From the human T2T-CHM13v2.0 reference genome, Homo sapiens, in NCBI RefSeq assembly GCF_009914755.1, contig NC_060933.1: 64,000 nucleotides of DNA; one strand, 5' to 3'. A model generated the notes under the pieces. That model had not been told where the DNA came from. It did not search any database and was given only the letters and a program-made list of their open reading frames with translations. Positions 41,673 to 57,656 of this stretch are shown one piece after another. The translations under genes and the position numbers were made by a program. Within the stretch, counting starts at the first letter, position 1. The number at the start of each line of letters is the position of its first letter.

Positions 41673-44456
41673 TCAGTGTCTGCTAACTGCTGTCAATTCA
41701 GCAACTGTTTTTTTGGGGTTTTTTTCCTGCCATGGGAAGTGCCCAGTGCCTGCCTTTGGGGGCTCCCAGTCTGCTGAGAAGCTCTGCATGTTGCAGAGAG
41801 GTGGAAGCTCCCCGGGAGGGATGGACAGATGCTGGGAGAGCCCAGAGAATGGGGAGGCCAGTTCTGCTAGATAGATGATCAGGAATTTGGGGTGGGACAG
41901 GGAGAGGCCCCAGACCTGAAGGTGCATGGCCAATCAGGTTAGAGAAGTTGTTGAAATACCTATGCTTAGAGAAGGTAAAAGAATGTATGGTGTTTATGAA
42001 GGTCTCAAATCCATACTATCTCATTTGAAATTGAATCTGTAGCAAATGAGGAGCCCATTATGGGTTTTCAGGTGGCAAGGGGGTACTTGGGTTGGGTTCT
42101 AGATAGATCACTGGTGGCTCGTGCTCAAGGCTCAGGGAAGGTGAAAATAGGGAGGTGAGGAGGCCCCTTCTTCACCAGGTGAGATGATGCCTCATGGGGC
42201 TACAGCACTGGGGGCTGGACATGGGGAGAGAGGGTTCCAGAGACTTCCAGGGGAAAGCAGCCTCACTTGGTAGTGGAAGGGATGAGGGAGAGGGGTTGTC
42301 AGGAGTGGCAGCTGGAACTCTTTGTGGTTTCGCCCTTTATGTCTCTGCTTGTGAGTCGTCGGAGCTGGTTCCATATCATCTTTCGTATGTGTAAGCTTAG
42401 CTTTTTCCAGACTCTGTTAATGAGAATTGTCCTGGGGGAACCATAATGATTTAGATCGTTTTGGGTTTTGTTATTAGGAGTCTTCCATGCGATGGGCATT
42501 GGCTCACTGATCCCATGAGCCAGTGGCCCACGGAGTGCGGTGCAGACGTCTTAGCTGAGCCAGTAATGGTGGTGTTTGTACCAACAGCCCAGTGCCTGGG
42601 ACTCATCTCACTTAGTACTCCTGCTGACTCAGAGGAGTTGCTTACTCAATGCTCTATTTTGCAGGGAAGGAAGCTGATGTCATAATCTGCCATCGCACCG
42701 TCAAGGGGCAGAGTTGGGATTGGGTCCAGGCCCATGGGACCCCACAGTGCCGCTTTGGGCAGCTAGATCTTTGAAAGGGAAGATGGGCTTTGGGTCTGAA
42801 GTTAGGCAGATCGTGAGGAGCTGAGCTGGGCTGGCCTCAGAAGAAGTCTGACAATGTGAACTCTTTGTAAATTGTGCCCTTTTGTGCAACACAGATTTAA
42901 AATATATCGCTATATACACATCTACCAAATCCATTAGAGTTTCCCTACCCACAGTGTCAGATGTCTTTAAAGGTGAAATTCGTTTATAAGAAATGTCATC
43001 CTGATGAAGTGTGCTTTTTAAAATCATAGAAACGGTTGCCTTAAAATTAATGATGCATTGCAAATATCAGGGAAAAAAGACCCATCCAGTGTAAAGATGA
43101 TTAAAATTCAGGTCAGAAGTCTGACTTAGTCAGGCTAAATTTTTTAATGAGATTTCAGAAAATTAATTGGGCGAATGCATTTTTATTCTTTTAGCATGTA
43201 ATTTTATGCTCCTGTTTAAAAAAAAAAAGATTCGTCTATGGCTGAGGCTGATTGTGGTTCAAACATTTTAAACTCAAATTAGCGCAGGGTGGGGGGTGTT
43301 TGTGGCCTAATTTGATCTGACTTGGAGAAGACAGCGTGGGTTTCTCAGAGCTTTCTGGGTGGGGGGTAGCTATAGTGGTCTGAGACATCCTCCCTGCCCC
43401 CCAGTCTCCCAGTCATGCCCTGCCTCTTCCTGAGAATGCCAGCGACATTTCTTGGGAGGTGGGATTGGGATGGCGGTGGCTCGGGGACCTTGGCCATCTC
43501 ATTGGCTCCTGCTCACCAGTTTCCTGCTGCTCCCCAGGGCCCTTGTTCCAGTGGTTCCTCCACCCTCCTCCTCTCAAATCCCATGTGCCTGCCCCAGGCA
43601 GCCCAGGCCTTCTCCCTCGTGCCCACGGTGACAGGCAGCACAGCGAGTGGTGACACCGCAGGGTCAGCCTCCCTGTCCCCCGGCCCCTCGATCAGTCTCC
43701 TCTGCCTTTGGGGAGAGCTGAGGGCCTCCGTGCCCTGGCAGAGGAGCCTGAGGAGTCAGAGGTGGCCTCCTATGGTGTTGCCCCACAGCGCAGCCCTGGA
43801 AGGGAGGCTGAGGGCAGCTCTTGCCTAGCATGGTCCCTTGACAAATGGTCCTGGGTGACAAAGTCGCAAGGTTGTGTCTCTTACCTGCCCACAGGTGCAC
43901 GTCGTCAGCCCCACCGCCTCACTGCAGCCCCCAAGGTTACCGCCAGCCGCCGAGGGGTGGGAACGGCAGGGTGATGATATCAACAGCCAAGAACCCCCTG
44001 GGCTTGTCCACTGCTCAGGCCGTCCCAGTCCCCGGGGAAGCAGGTCCACCACTAGGCCCATTCGACAGATAGCAGCACAATCACCGTCACCACGACTGGA
44101 GAATGACATGTCCCAGCACCTAGTGCCAGGCCCTCTTCCAAGGGCTTGCATTTGCTTATCCATTTAACCCCCAGCAGCCCCCTGAAGGGGGTACTGTTAT
44201 GATCTCCTCAGTTTCCAAAGAGGAAACTGAGGCCCAGAAGCCTTGCCCAAGGCCCACAGCTGGGAAGTGGCAGAATTGAGGTTTGAGCCCCAGCCTCCAG
44301 GCCCCAGCATTGGAGTCTCAACATCAGAGCCAGAGCAGTGGTTACCCCTCTGCCAACTTGTGCCCTGGGGTGGGGTTGGGGGTGTTATTTTCCCCAGGAG
44401 CCACAACAGGGTTTCACACAAAGCAGGGACAGTGAGCAACAGAAACCAGTTTTCTG

Positions 44457-44762
<306 letters not shown>

Positions 44763-46696
44763 CCAGTTTTCTGAAAGGCCATCGGGGTGGTCGGTCATTA
44801 GTCAGCAGTGATCACATTTGGGGCCACCCTGGGCGCACTGTTCTGGGGCCAGCCCCACGCCCGTCTTGCAGTTTAGAGCCACACCAGACACTAATCACCA
44901 ACATCATCTCCCAGAGTCCTCAGAGAAATCCTGGAGCCAGTGTTACTGTGCCTGTGTGTGGACGACCAGCCCAGGGTCACTTGGCTGCAGGGGCAAAAGT
45001 GGAACTTGCGGGGAGCTGACCCAGGAGCGGGGGAGGTCTTGGAGGTGGCGACGGAGCAGCCAGGCCTTCCAGGCCAAGGACACAGTTCACCCTTTCCCTT
45101 CTGCTGAGAGCCCCCAGGTGCACCAGGGCCAGGACTCTGCTGGCCCAGGCAGCTGCCCCCAGGAGCCTGGTGTCTCAAGGTGCCCCACACCTGAGCAGAG
45201 GCCACCCTGGGGACAGCGTCCTGTGGCAGCCCTGGGAGTGCAGTGGTGCCCCAGAGCCTGCTGGACCATGTCCCCAGCACACGTGCTCCATCTAGGAAGC
45301 TGCCCCACCAGAGGAGCTGGCCTCTAATTGGGTCGGATGGACTGTGACAAGAAATGCAAATCTGGGTCATCCATATGCGTGTGAGCAGCTGGAGCCCCAG
45401 CCACCTCCACCCACATCCACCAGGAGCTTCGGCCCCACTGTGGAGCTGCACGGTGTAGCCTCCCAGGACGGGCAGTGTTGGGAACCCCGGCCAGACTCCC
45501 ACTAGTCACAGTAAGAAGCCTGGTCTTCCAGGGCAAAGACCCTCAGGGACCACTTCCTCCAAACCCTTCACTGTGCCTGGGGGAAACTGAGGCCCAAGAG
45601 GGGAGGGAGCCCACCCCCATCACCAGCAGTGCAGCTGGCTCTAGATCTGACAGGGAGTTCTAGCCTGTTTCCTGATTTGCGAGATGGGATTCATAACCCT
45701 TGCTTCATGAAGCTATTAGGAGTTTGGAGACATAGAGCTGTCTAAGCAGCTGGAAACTAGCACATAGTAGGCGTCTAACGTACAACACCTCATGGTTATT
45801 TTTATGAGTACGTGCGATTCTTCTAAGTGCTCAGAAAGCCGCCCTGGCTGTTTATGAGGGTATGTGATTTTGGCTGCATTCCTAGAGGTGACGGCGTCTG
45901 AGTCACAGAGTCCCACTGTGCGCCAGGTCGTGTCAGGCACATTCCATGTGTCATTCCACAAACATGCTCCAAGCAGTTGCTCTGGGGTCAGAGCCTCAGT
46001 GCAGAGGACGTGGAGGGGACTAGACAGGGGCCCCCTTTTGAAGAGGCCGGTGGCGGGTCCTGGGGCGGGGCCTGGGGCAGGGCTCAGGTGACTGAAAGAA
46101 TGGAGGCTGGAGCAGGAAGTGGCAGGCCTGGCCGGTCAGGGGGTCTTGAGTGAAAAGCCGAGGAGGGATCTGAGCTGAGAGCCCACCCGATACGGAGCAA
46201 GAGCTTGGGCACCACAGTCCCCAGTCCTGGGGTCACACCCCAGCTCTGCTGTTCTTTGCTGCCTGATCAGAACAGGTCACTGCTACCCCTCCAAGCCTCA
46301 GATTCCTGAAATGGGGACAGCAGTGAGGCCCACTCACAGGGTTGTTCTGAGGACCCAAAGAGTGGGCGCGTGGGCGGTGTCTGCACAGAGCCCAGCATGC
46401 AGTAGACACTCAGGATGCCTGCTCTTCTTAGGTGGGTGCTCTGTGTACAGGTGTATTTACCCGACAGACATTGGCACATGGTGGATAAAATCATCATCTT
46501 CCTCCTCCAGCAGCCCTCCAGATCGGGTCCTCTGGCAGGACCCACCATGAGAGGTAATTAGGCCTCGAGGCTTCAAAGTCAAGGTTGGCCCAGCCCTCAC
46601 CTTGCTGTGTGCTGTGAGGCCTGGACTCCCATCACTCACTCCCGCAGGAGGGTGTTCTGTAGAGTTCCCTCAGCCAAATCTGGAAGAGACATTTTC

Positions 46697-46972
46697 TTTT
46701 TTTTGAGATGGAGTCTCACCGTCACCCAGGCTGGAGTGCAGTAGCACGATCTAGGCCAACTGCAACCTCCGCCTCCCAGGTTCAAGCAATTCTCCTGCCT
46801 CGGCCTCCCAAATGGCTGGGATTTACAGGCACCCACCACCACACCCGGCTAATTTTTGTGTTTTTACAAAAATTTTTTGGCCAGGCTGGTCTCAAACTCC
46901 TGACCTTAAGTGATCGCCCGCCTCGGCCTCCCACAGTGCTGGGATTACAGGCGTGAGCCACTGCGCCTGGCC
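46697..46972 (-). mobile_element. Alu, antisense, internal deletion/insertion
   Basis: TSD gaagagacattttc on both sides. Confidence 0.93.
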
Positions 46973-47785
46973 TAGAAGAGACATTTTCACTTTACTTTTT
47001 TCCCTGCTTTTCCAGTGAGTTTCTATTATTCATTAAGTCATGATTCAGGGTCCCAGAGTAGGGATCACCACATAACCAGGTTCCCCTCAGGCACTCTGGG
47101 AGAAGGACAGAGGAGAAGTTGATGGACCCAGCTTAGACCTGCCCAGGAGACGTGCCCCTGCTCCGCAGGCATCTCAGGCTGAGACGCAGCTGGTCCGGCC
47201 AGCAGTTCCTGGTGTTTCCAGGTGGGGAAGCAGCTGTCAGAAGGGCCAGTCCTGTAGTTCTCGGTTTGGTCTTGATGCCTTCCGCCAGGGTGCTGGCTCC
47301 TAAAGACGCCTCGGTACGGTGCCCGGCTCAGTGTGACCCTCACCAAAGACCCACTTCATGCTAGAAAGTTGAACTGCTTGTTCTGGCTTCACTAGGGGCG
47401 GTGGCATGGAGCTGGGTGATGTGGGCATGGCTGGCCCCTCTGGGCCTCAGTTTCCTCATCAGGCAAATGGAGACACAGCCGGGCCCATCTCACCATAGGG
47501 CAGGCCAGAGATGTGGCATCCTCTCCCCTTGTCTGTCTCCTCCTTCCCTGGCCCACTGTTGGCGCCCCCTCCTGCCTTTTCCTGAGAGCTCACTGCACAG
47601 GTGTCCTGGGGTCCTCCTGGCCACTGTGGTCTCACCTGGAGGCTCCATCCCTGGGCAGGTCCTAGCGCAGGATCATGTGTTCCAATGCTGGCCCCTGCAG
47701 AGTCTTTGTGGAGCTCTGGTTTCTTCACGACACCCTAAAAAAGGCAGTTTATCTAAAGGATGGGCTCAGGGTGTAAGGCTGCACA

Positions 47786-48079
<294 letters not shown>

Positions 48080-48595
48080 TGAATATTAACCTTGGTTTTC
48101 TTGTCTGAGATGGGGAACGGCTGCCCCAGGAAGGGAACTTGCCATTTCTTATGATGACCTGGGGCATTTTGCATGGTGGCCACGGGCTGGGGATACATGA
48201 GCTGCACCCGGCTTACCGGACCCCAGTTTGGGCATCAAGGATTCAGGAGAGGATGAGACGGGCAACGCCCGTGGTCCCACGGAGCTAGCCCCCAGGGATG
48301 GGACTCAGAGACAGCAAACAAACAAGCAGTCAGACAATGAAGGTGGTGATGAGGGCAGTGGGGAGCATGAACAGCCTCAGTTTTTCACCTGCACTGGGGG
48401 TCCTTGAGGGGACCCAGGGGACCCTGTGCAGAAAGCCCCCTGGGGGGGTGCCTGGGAGGCTCCCAGAGCAGGGTTGGCAGCAGAGTCCCTCCTTCACCTT
48501 AGAGGGTGCTGTTGGGGTGCTGGGCCTCTAGGGGTCGTCCCCAGGCCTCTGCTGCAGCCTGGCTGCTCACGGAGGCCCTCTGTCCCCCGTTCCAG

Positions 48596-48736
48596 AGGCA
48601 TCCCAACACGCTGTCTTTTCGCTGCTCGCTGGCGGACTTCCAGATCGAAAAGAAGATAGGCCGAGGACAGTTCAGCGAGGTGTACAAGGCCACCTGCCTG
48701 CTGGACAGGAAGACAGTGGCTCTGAAGAAGGTGCAG
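48596..48736 (+). CDS. NEK6: NEK6 exon 3, aa 31-77 (Gly-rich loop GRGQFS, VALK Lys74)
   Basis: Acceptor ttccAG|AGG, donor CAG|GTGAGC, 141 nt; RHPNTLSFRCSLADFQIEKKIGRGQFSEVYKATCLLDRKTVALKKVQ. Confidence 0.98.
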
Positions 48737-49463
48737 GTGAGCTGACAACCCGTGGGGTCAAACCTGCATCTCGGGAGGTGGTCTCTGCATCTGGACGGGG
48801 TGCCCGGGCCAGTCCCTTCTCTCCCCTCTTCTGTGAACGAGGGAAACAGCACTCAACTCACTGGGTTACAGAGAGAACCAGGTGGACTCCTATTGATGAA
48901 AGTTCACTGTGAACTGCAAAGGAAAAGAAAAACGAGCATGCATTGAGCGCCTGCTGTGTACTGGGTCATGCAAGGAGCACATGGAGCCTCTCAACAGTCC
49001 CGTGGGTGGGGATTGTCATTTCATCTCTCAGATGAGGAAAATCTCATAACCGCCAGGGCCCCAGCATGAGTCTTGGGGGAGCTGAGGTTCATACCATGTC
49101 CACCCATCCTTGCGCCTGCGGTTGCTCCACAGTTCTGGGCTTCCTGCCTTCTGCGTCCCTCCTAAATGGAGGAAGTAGGTCAAGCGGCAAAGTCAGGACA
49201 GGAGCCATGTCCATGAGAGCCGCTGGGCCCGTCTGAACACAGCTTTGCCGGAGGAAATGGCTTTAAATCCTCCAGCAAAGCTTCCCAAGCCCCTTGATTT
49301 GCTTACTTGTCCTTAAAGAACAAGATTGAGAGCCTGGGCAGAGGAGGGCCGGGAGAGAGAATGGCGTTGGGGAAATGGGGAGAGAACACCCGCAGCTTCA
49401 GGGCGCTGGAGGAGTAGCAGGGTCCTCTCTGTCCAAAAAAGGACCAGTTTCTCTCTTGATCTT

Positions 49464-49747
49464 GTTTTTTTTTTGAGATAGAGTCTCAGTCTATCACCCA
49501 GGCTGTAGTGCAGTGGCGTGATCAGCTCACTGCAACCTCTGCCTCCCGGGTTCAAGCGATTCTCCTGCCTAGGTCTCTTGAGTAGCTGGGACTACAGGCG
49601 TGCACCACCACACCCAGCTAATTTTTATATTTTTAGTAGAGACGGGGTTTCACCATGTTGGCCAGGCTGGTCTCGAACTCCTGACCTCAAGTGATCCACC
49701 CACCTCAGCCTCGCTGGGATTACAGGTGTGAGCCACTGTGCCTGGCC
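49464..49747 (-). mobile_element. Alu, antisense, in the intron between exons 3 and 4
   Basis: Reverse dimer with poly-T. Confidence 0.93.
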
Positions 49748-50009
49748 CGCCCTCTCCATCTTCTGGGGAGGGGCTCACCTGGGCTCTCTGTCTTGGTTCT
49801 TTAGTGCCACGATGGGTTTTGTGGTGGGACAGTGCTGGGGGGACCCACAGTGAGCAAGCCCTACAGGGGCTGGGAGTGCAGGGGGGGGTCACAGAGTCCC
49901 TTGGTGAGGAGGTGGGAGAGCCGGGACTGGAAAGCAGACCCCGTGGCCTCCTTTGGGTCACTGGACACAGATTGTAACCACTCTATTTCTCTTTTTCCTC
50001 CCGCCCAAG

Positions 50010-50072
50010 ATCTTTGAGATGATGGACGCCAAGGCGAGGCAGGACTGTGTCAAGGAGATCGGCCTCTTGAAG
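50010..50072 (+). CDS. NEK6: NEK6 exon 4, aa 78-98 (alphaC helix, Glu93)
   Basis: Polypyrimidine tract + cccaAG|ATC, donor AAG|GTGAGC, 63 nt; IFEMMDAKARQDCVKEIGLLK. Confidence 0.98.
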
Positions 50073-50418
50073 GTGAGCACCCTGGGCCGAGCGGGAGCTT
50101 TGCCTCCTCGGGGAGGTTCTGGGGCCGCGGCTGGGCCACATCATGTCCATCACAGCCCTTGGGTGCCAGGAATCCGCAGCCCCTGCTAAGTTAACAGACG
50201 ATAGCTTTCTAGGGGCAGCGGCTAGTGAGTTTTCTCCTGGCCAGGCAGGAGCGGCCCGCCTCATCGCTCTGCCCAGCCCTTGGGGTCGCTGCCTACAGCC
50301 TTTCCTCCTTGCTGCACGCCCCTCCTGCTTGTACATGGCAGTACCCGGCATAGAAGTCCTTCCCCACAGGGCAGCCCTGACCCTGCCTCGCAGTGGCCTA
50401 TGGACCAGGCTTGGCTAG

Positions 50419-51046
<628 letters not shown>

Positions 51047-53264
51047 CCCCATGAAACATACTGGATTTGCTCGGCAGTTTCCAGCAAAGTGGGACTGCTG
51101 GTGGCAGGGCTGCCCGCCGAAGCCACAGCTGCAGAATTTCAGATTAGCAGTTTTTTCTGCCACACGCTGCCCTGTGTTCTCAGGCCTTGGCCCTGCTCTT
51201 GGGGACTTCCAGGCTGGTGGGGAAGCAGGTAGGAAGCAGATGGTGACCTTCCAGGGTGATGCAGATTGACTGGTGGGCCAGGAGCCCCAGGGAAACCCGC
51301 TTCCTGGGCAGGCCTCACAGAGGGCAGGGCACCATCCCAGAATCTGGAAGGCCGAAGTGAGCCTTCTTCCAGGCACCGCAGCACCGTGGATTATGGGAGG
51401 TTGGGGAGACAGAAGGCTGGACATGGCAGCAGAGCCAGATACACACTCAGAACAAAAGGGGAGCCCCTGAAGTGGCTGCAAGTCGGGGGGCCATGGCTGG
51501 GTGTGAGTTGTGAGTGCCTGCTCTGGTGGCCCCCGGCCACAGTGGGTGAGGGAGTCAAGGCTGGAGGCAGGAGGTGTCCTTACCACTAACTATTATAGGT
51601 CAAAAAATATCCCTCGAAAACATTGTTTAAATGTTTAAGTAATGGTCAGCTTGCTGCCACTTACCCAGCCCTGAGGAATGTTTGTCCTGATCACCCATTG
51701 CCCCCTCCCCACCTCATGTGCCCTTCTCCCCGAGTGAAGGAACCCACAGGTGAGCATGCTGAGCACAGCCTGGTCTGGTCCCTGGTCACACAGATGTGCC
51801 ACCGCAGCCCCTGCCTTGCAGGAGCCTGAGCCTGGCGTAAACCCACATGGCTGCAGAGGGGATTTGGTCCCTTCTCCAGGGCTGCCATGCAGCCAAGGGC
51901 ACCAAGCCGGGGTTTCAGAGGACACACCCCTCGCTCACTAGCTGTGTGGCTGCAGGCCAGCCATGGGCCTCTCAGGACCTCAGTTTCCTCATCTGTAAAG
52001 GGGGCATGATGACAACAGGGACGCTGGAGGAGTCAGTGAGGAAGCATGTCTGACGAGCTCAGGGCAGCGCTGGTGTGTGGTACGCTCGCCGCCCAAGGCA
52101 GCCCAGTTGTCATGGTTGCCACCTCTGCCCGCCAATGCCAGCCGCCTTCCCGAACACGGGTCCCACTCCACAGGTAGCCCATGGGAAGTCAACAGGATGT
52201 GCCAGGGCACGAGGTGCTTCCTACAAAACAAAAGGAAACGTGGTTTTCGGAGGGGTGACTGTTGACATATCACATCATTCATGCAAAGAACCCAAACCCA
52301 AAACCTCTCAAGTGCGGGGGCTGGTGGGGTCGGCAGCTGCCAAGCGTGGGACAAGAAGGTGGGTCCTGTTGGAACGCAGGCGTGTGTTCATTCATTCTGT
52401 GCAATTTCTGATCACCACTGAATGCTGGACACCAGGGTGCAGCCCAGTGGAGAAGACAGATCATAGACACTCTGTGTTACATCCGGGAGGGCCTGGAGCT
52501 TGGGAGCAGAGCCCCTGATGGCAGAGATTCAAAGGACAGGGACCCTTACTCTCAGCTCTCCCTCCCTTCCCTCTGGCCACCACCACAGCCAGACAAAGCC
52601 CAACCACATTGCGTCTTTGCAGCACCTTCCCTGTCCCTGACCCAAGTGTGTCCCCTTCCAGACCCACCTGGGCCCACCAAGAGGCCACAGGCTGTGAAGT
52701 GGACTCCATGTGGACCAGGTTCTAGACTCAGCTCGGCCCCTGCTTGCTGTGGACCCGTGGCTGATCCCTTCCCCTCTCTGGACCTTGGCGATTTAGCCCA
52801 ATGGACGTCTGGAGCCCCTTTCTGCCTGTGCCTGTGTAGACTGCCTGGGCATTTAAGGGAGCCCTTCCTTAACCCCCTGCCCTCAGACGTGCAGGGAAAT
52901 GGGGGAGGAGTCTCCCTCCTCCCCTCCCCAGGAACCAGCGCCTCCTTGATGGGGCTTTACTTCCTACCCAACCCCTCTCATTTCTCCCTTGTTGGAGAAA
53001 CTGTGTCATGCCTGGACTGCTGATGACCTGGGCAGTTTTTGGGGAGTCCTCCCTGAGAGGTTGTGAGATTTCCTGGTGACATAATGAGGTGAAGTTCAAG
53101 AGGAGGGTGAAGGAGCAGGGTGTTCCCATTTATCCTCATAGCAGCTTGCCCACGCCGTAGGTCATGTCTCAGAGATTTGAAGGCACTTTCAACTTGCCAT
53201 TCACTTGCTTTGACACTTTTTTTGGTAACTGAAAAACATGTCTATGGAGCATGATGTGTGCTGA

Positions 53265-53630
<366 letters not shown>

Positions 53631-54333
53631 TAGATTCAGAGGGTACACATGCAGGTTTGTTACAAGAGTATATTGTGTGATGCTGAGATTTGGGCTTCTG
53701 ATCCCGTCACGCAGATAGTGAACATCATACCCAATGGGAAGTTTTTCAGCCCTTGCCCCACTCCCGCCCCCTCTTGTAGAGCCCAGTGTGTCTACTGTTT
53801 CCATCTTTATGTTTGTGTGTACCCAGGATTTAGCTCCCACTTATAAAAGTGAGAACATGCAGTATAGATATGTTTCTGTGTTATTTCTCTTAGGATAATG
53901 GCCTCCTGCTGCATCCGTGTTGCTGCAAAGGACATGACTTTTATTCTTTGTTGTGGCTGCATAATATTCTATTGTATACATGTACCACATTTTCTTTATC
54001 CGGCCCACCATTTCTGCGCACCTAGATTGATTCGGTGTCTTTGCTTTTATGAATAGCGCCGTGATGGACATACAAACCCATGTGTCTTTTTGGTAGAACC
54101 ATTTATATTCCTTTGGGTATATACCCAGTAATGGGATTGCTGGGTCAAATGGTAGTTCTATTTTTAGTTCTTTGAGAAATTTCCAGACTTTGTTCCACGG
54201 TGTCTGAACAAATTTACATTCCTACCAAAAGCATAGAAGTGTTCCCTTTTCTTCGCAGCCTCACCAACATCTGTTATTTTTTGACTTCGTAATAATTGCC
54301 ATTCTGACTGGTGTGAAATGGTATCTCATTGTA

Positions 54334-54623
54334 ATTTTTTTTTTTTGAGACTGGGTCACACCCTATCATCTAAGCTGGAGTGCAGTGGTGTGATCATGGC
54401 TCACTGCAGCATCAGCCTCCCAGAATCAAGTGATCTTCCCACCTTAACCTCCCAAGTAGCTTGGGCTACAGGCCTGCACCACGAAGCCCAGCTAATTTTT
54501 TTTTGTAGTGACAAGGTCTCACTCTGTTGCCCAGGCTGTTCTCAAACTCCTGGGCTCAAGCAGCCCTCCCACTTCAGCCTCATGAAGTGCTGGCATTATA
54601 GGCATGAGCCCCTGCACCCAGCC
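54334..54623 (-). mobile_element. Alu (J-like) nested in L1
   Basis: Interrupts L1 text ggtatctcattgt|ggttttgattt. Confidence 0.88.
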
Positions 54624-54662
54624 TATTGTGGTTTTGATTTACATTTCTCTGATGATTAGTGA

Positions 54663-55369
<707 letters not shown>

Positions 55370-56897
55370 CTCCTCTGCTCACTTTTTAATGTTTTGTTTT
55401 TTTTTATTGATTTAAGTTCCTTATAGATTCTGGACATTAGTCCTTTGTCAGATGCATAGTTTATGAATGTTTTCTCCCATTCTGTCAATTGTCTGTTTAC
55501 TCTGTTGATCATTTCATTTGCCATGCAGAAGCTCTTTCATTTAATTATGTCCCACTTGTCAGTTTTTGGTTTTGTTGCAATGGTTTTTAAGGACTTGGTC
55601 TTAAATTCTTTGTCAAGGCTAACGCTGAGAAAGGTATTTCCTAGGTTTTCTTCTAGGATTTTTATAGTTTGAGGTCTTACATTTAAGTCTTCAATCAATC
55701 TTGATTTAATTTTTACACATGGTGAAAAGTAGGGGTTCCGTTTCATTCTTCTGCATATAGCTAGCCAGTTAATTGAGTAGGGAGTCCTTTCCCCATTGCT
55801 TATTTTTGTCAACTTTGTTGAAGATCAGGTGGTTGTAGGTATGCTGCTTTATTTCTGAGTTCTATATTCTGTTCCATTGGTCTATGTATCTATTTTTGTA
55901 CCAGTACCATGCTGTTTTGGTTACCATAGGCTTGTAGTATAGTTTGAAGTCCAGTAACGTGATGCCTCCAGGTTTGTTCTTTTTGCTTAGGATTGCTTTG
56001 TGTGCCGCCTTCTGAAGTCTAGTCACCCTGTGTAAATTACCTACATTTGTTACTGACCAAGGTTCTTCCACAGGGGAGCCTGCTGCTAAGATGGCAACAG
56101 GGCTCCCTCCCAGCCACCCCTGGGAACCAGGATTGAATGTGCTGCACCTGCGTCCTCAGCTGTGCAGGGTGCCTGGTTCCTCGCAGTGGTGTCTGGATAT
56201 TCACTGAGCCACAGCGCTGCTGGCTGAGGGGCAGGCAGGGGCCAGCACACCCACCTCAGGGCCAGACCTTGGTCCAGAGCAGGGGTTTGAGGACTTGGAC
56301 AGGCAGTGGGCGCCATAGCAGACAGGGATCAGTCTCTGGGGGGACCTGGTGAGAGGATGGACGCATGGGGAGGAGCTGGGGCCAGTGGCTGAGCCTGCTC
56401 TGGCCCCCAGGGCCCACACATGGGGGGCTGGCTTGGGGAATGAATGAATGAATGAATAGGGGCTTGCATGGCTCTGTAACATCTGCCCAGGCTCCCCTCA
56501 TTTTAGAATCCACGGATGGGCACAGTGCATCCTTCTCCCAACGACTTCCGGGCCTTTTGGGAAATGTGCTCACTATCGGCCTCTGGTGGTTGGCTGGTGT
56601 CTGGACTAGGCTGACCACACCCACACCAGGGCAGGATATTCGAGTCCCCTCTGCTTTCCCAGATCCTGGAGTCTCTTTGATATAAACAGTCAGCTTTGTT
56701 ATGAACAGATGCCAGGGGCTCCTCTTAGCCTGGAGGGCCTGACTTCCAGCCAGGGGGGCACCGTTCTGTCCAGCTCCATGCTCCACTGCAGCAAACATGC
56801 AGGCGGTGGTGCGAAGGACAGAGGCAGCGTCTCAGCATGAGCAAATCAGCCGGGCAGCTCTCATGCCTCCAGGGATTTTTTTCAACATTTCACAAGG

Positions 56898-57036
56898 GCC
56901 AGGCATGGTGGCATGCAGCCGTAGTCCCAACTGCTCAGGAGGGTGAGGTGGGAGGATCGCTTGAACCTAGAAGTTCAGTTTCAATCAGGGCAACATAGTG
57001 AGATCCTATCTCTACAAAAAAATATTTTAAAAAAAA
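56898..57036 (+). mobile_element. Alu monomer (FLAM-like)
   Basis: ggccaggcatggtggc...gaggtgggaggatcgcttgaacc...gggcaacatagtgagatcctatctcta-A tail; atttcacaag/attttacaag flanks. Confidence 0.8.
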
Positions 57037-57545
57037 TGATTTTACAAGAGATAGGTCAGGAATTGAGAAAGAGTGGGAAGGATGAAGGCAGGAGATGGTC
57101 CTTCTGAGGAGCACCTGCAGGCTGGCCGTGTCTGGGCACAGGGACAGAGAGGTGGGGCCCAATGCCGCCCTCAGGGTCGGGGTGGTGAGGAGGAGGGGGA
57201 GGGTCCTTTCCACAAGTCCATGCTGAGTCTCACATAGCTCTGTGCGGCTGCCCTGTTACACATTTCAAGAGTATTGACCCATGTCGTCTTCACAACTATG
57301 CTTCAAAACATTATGCCAGTTTTACAGATGAGGAATCTGAGACTTGGGGATGCAAAGTGGCTTTCCCAGTGTCACCCAGGCCTTCCTGACTCCCCAGCAC
57401 AGGCCTTTCTTTCCCTGGGACCCACTTCTCTAGCAAATGCCAGGGCCTCAGTGACCGGGTGCCAGCAGGGTGCCGGTGGCAGGCAGGCACTGGGTCTGTC
57501 CCGTCTTCACTTGGTGCCCCCTTCCCTCTTTCCCTCCTCATGCAG

Positions 57546-57656
57546 CAACTGAACCACCCAAATATCATCAAGTATTTGGACTCGTTTATCGAAGACAACG
57601 AGCTGAACATTGTGCTGGAGTTGGCTGACGCAGGGGACCTCTCGCAGATGATCAAG
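57546..57656 (+). CDS. NEK6: NEK6 exon 5, aa 99-135 (HPNII, Tyr108, hinge)
   Basis: Acceptor tgcAG|CAA, donor AAG|GTGAGC, 111 nt; [37 protein letters not shown]. Confidence 0.98.

Noticed and set aside
47385-47575. CTCF-like motifs (cactaggggcg; gcgccccctcctgcc), also near 56750, 57783 and 60202
   Set aside because: Only partial matches in GC-rich DNA; cannot be called without a PWM scan or ChIP data.
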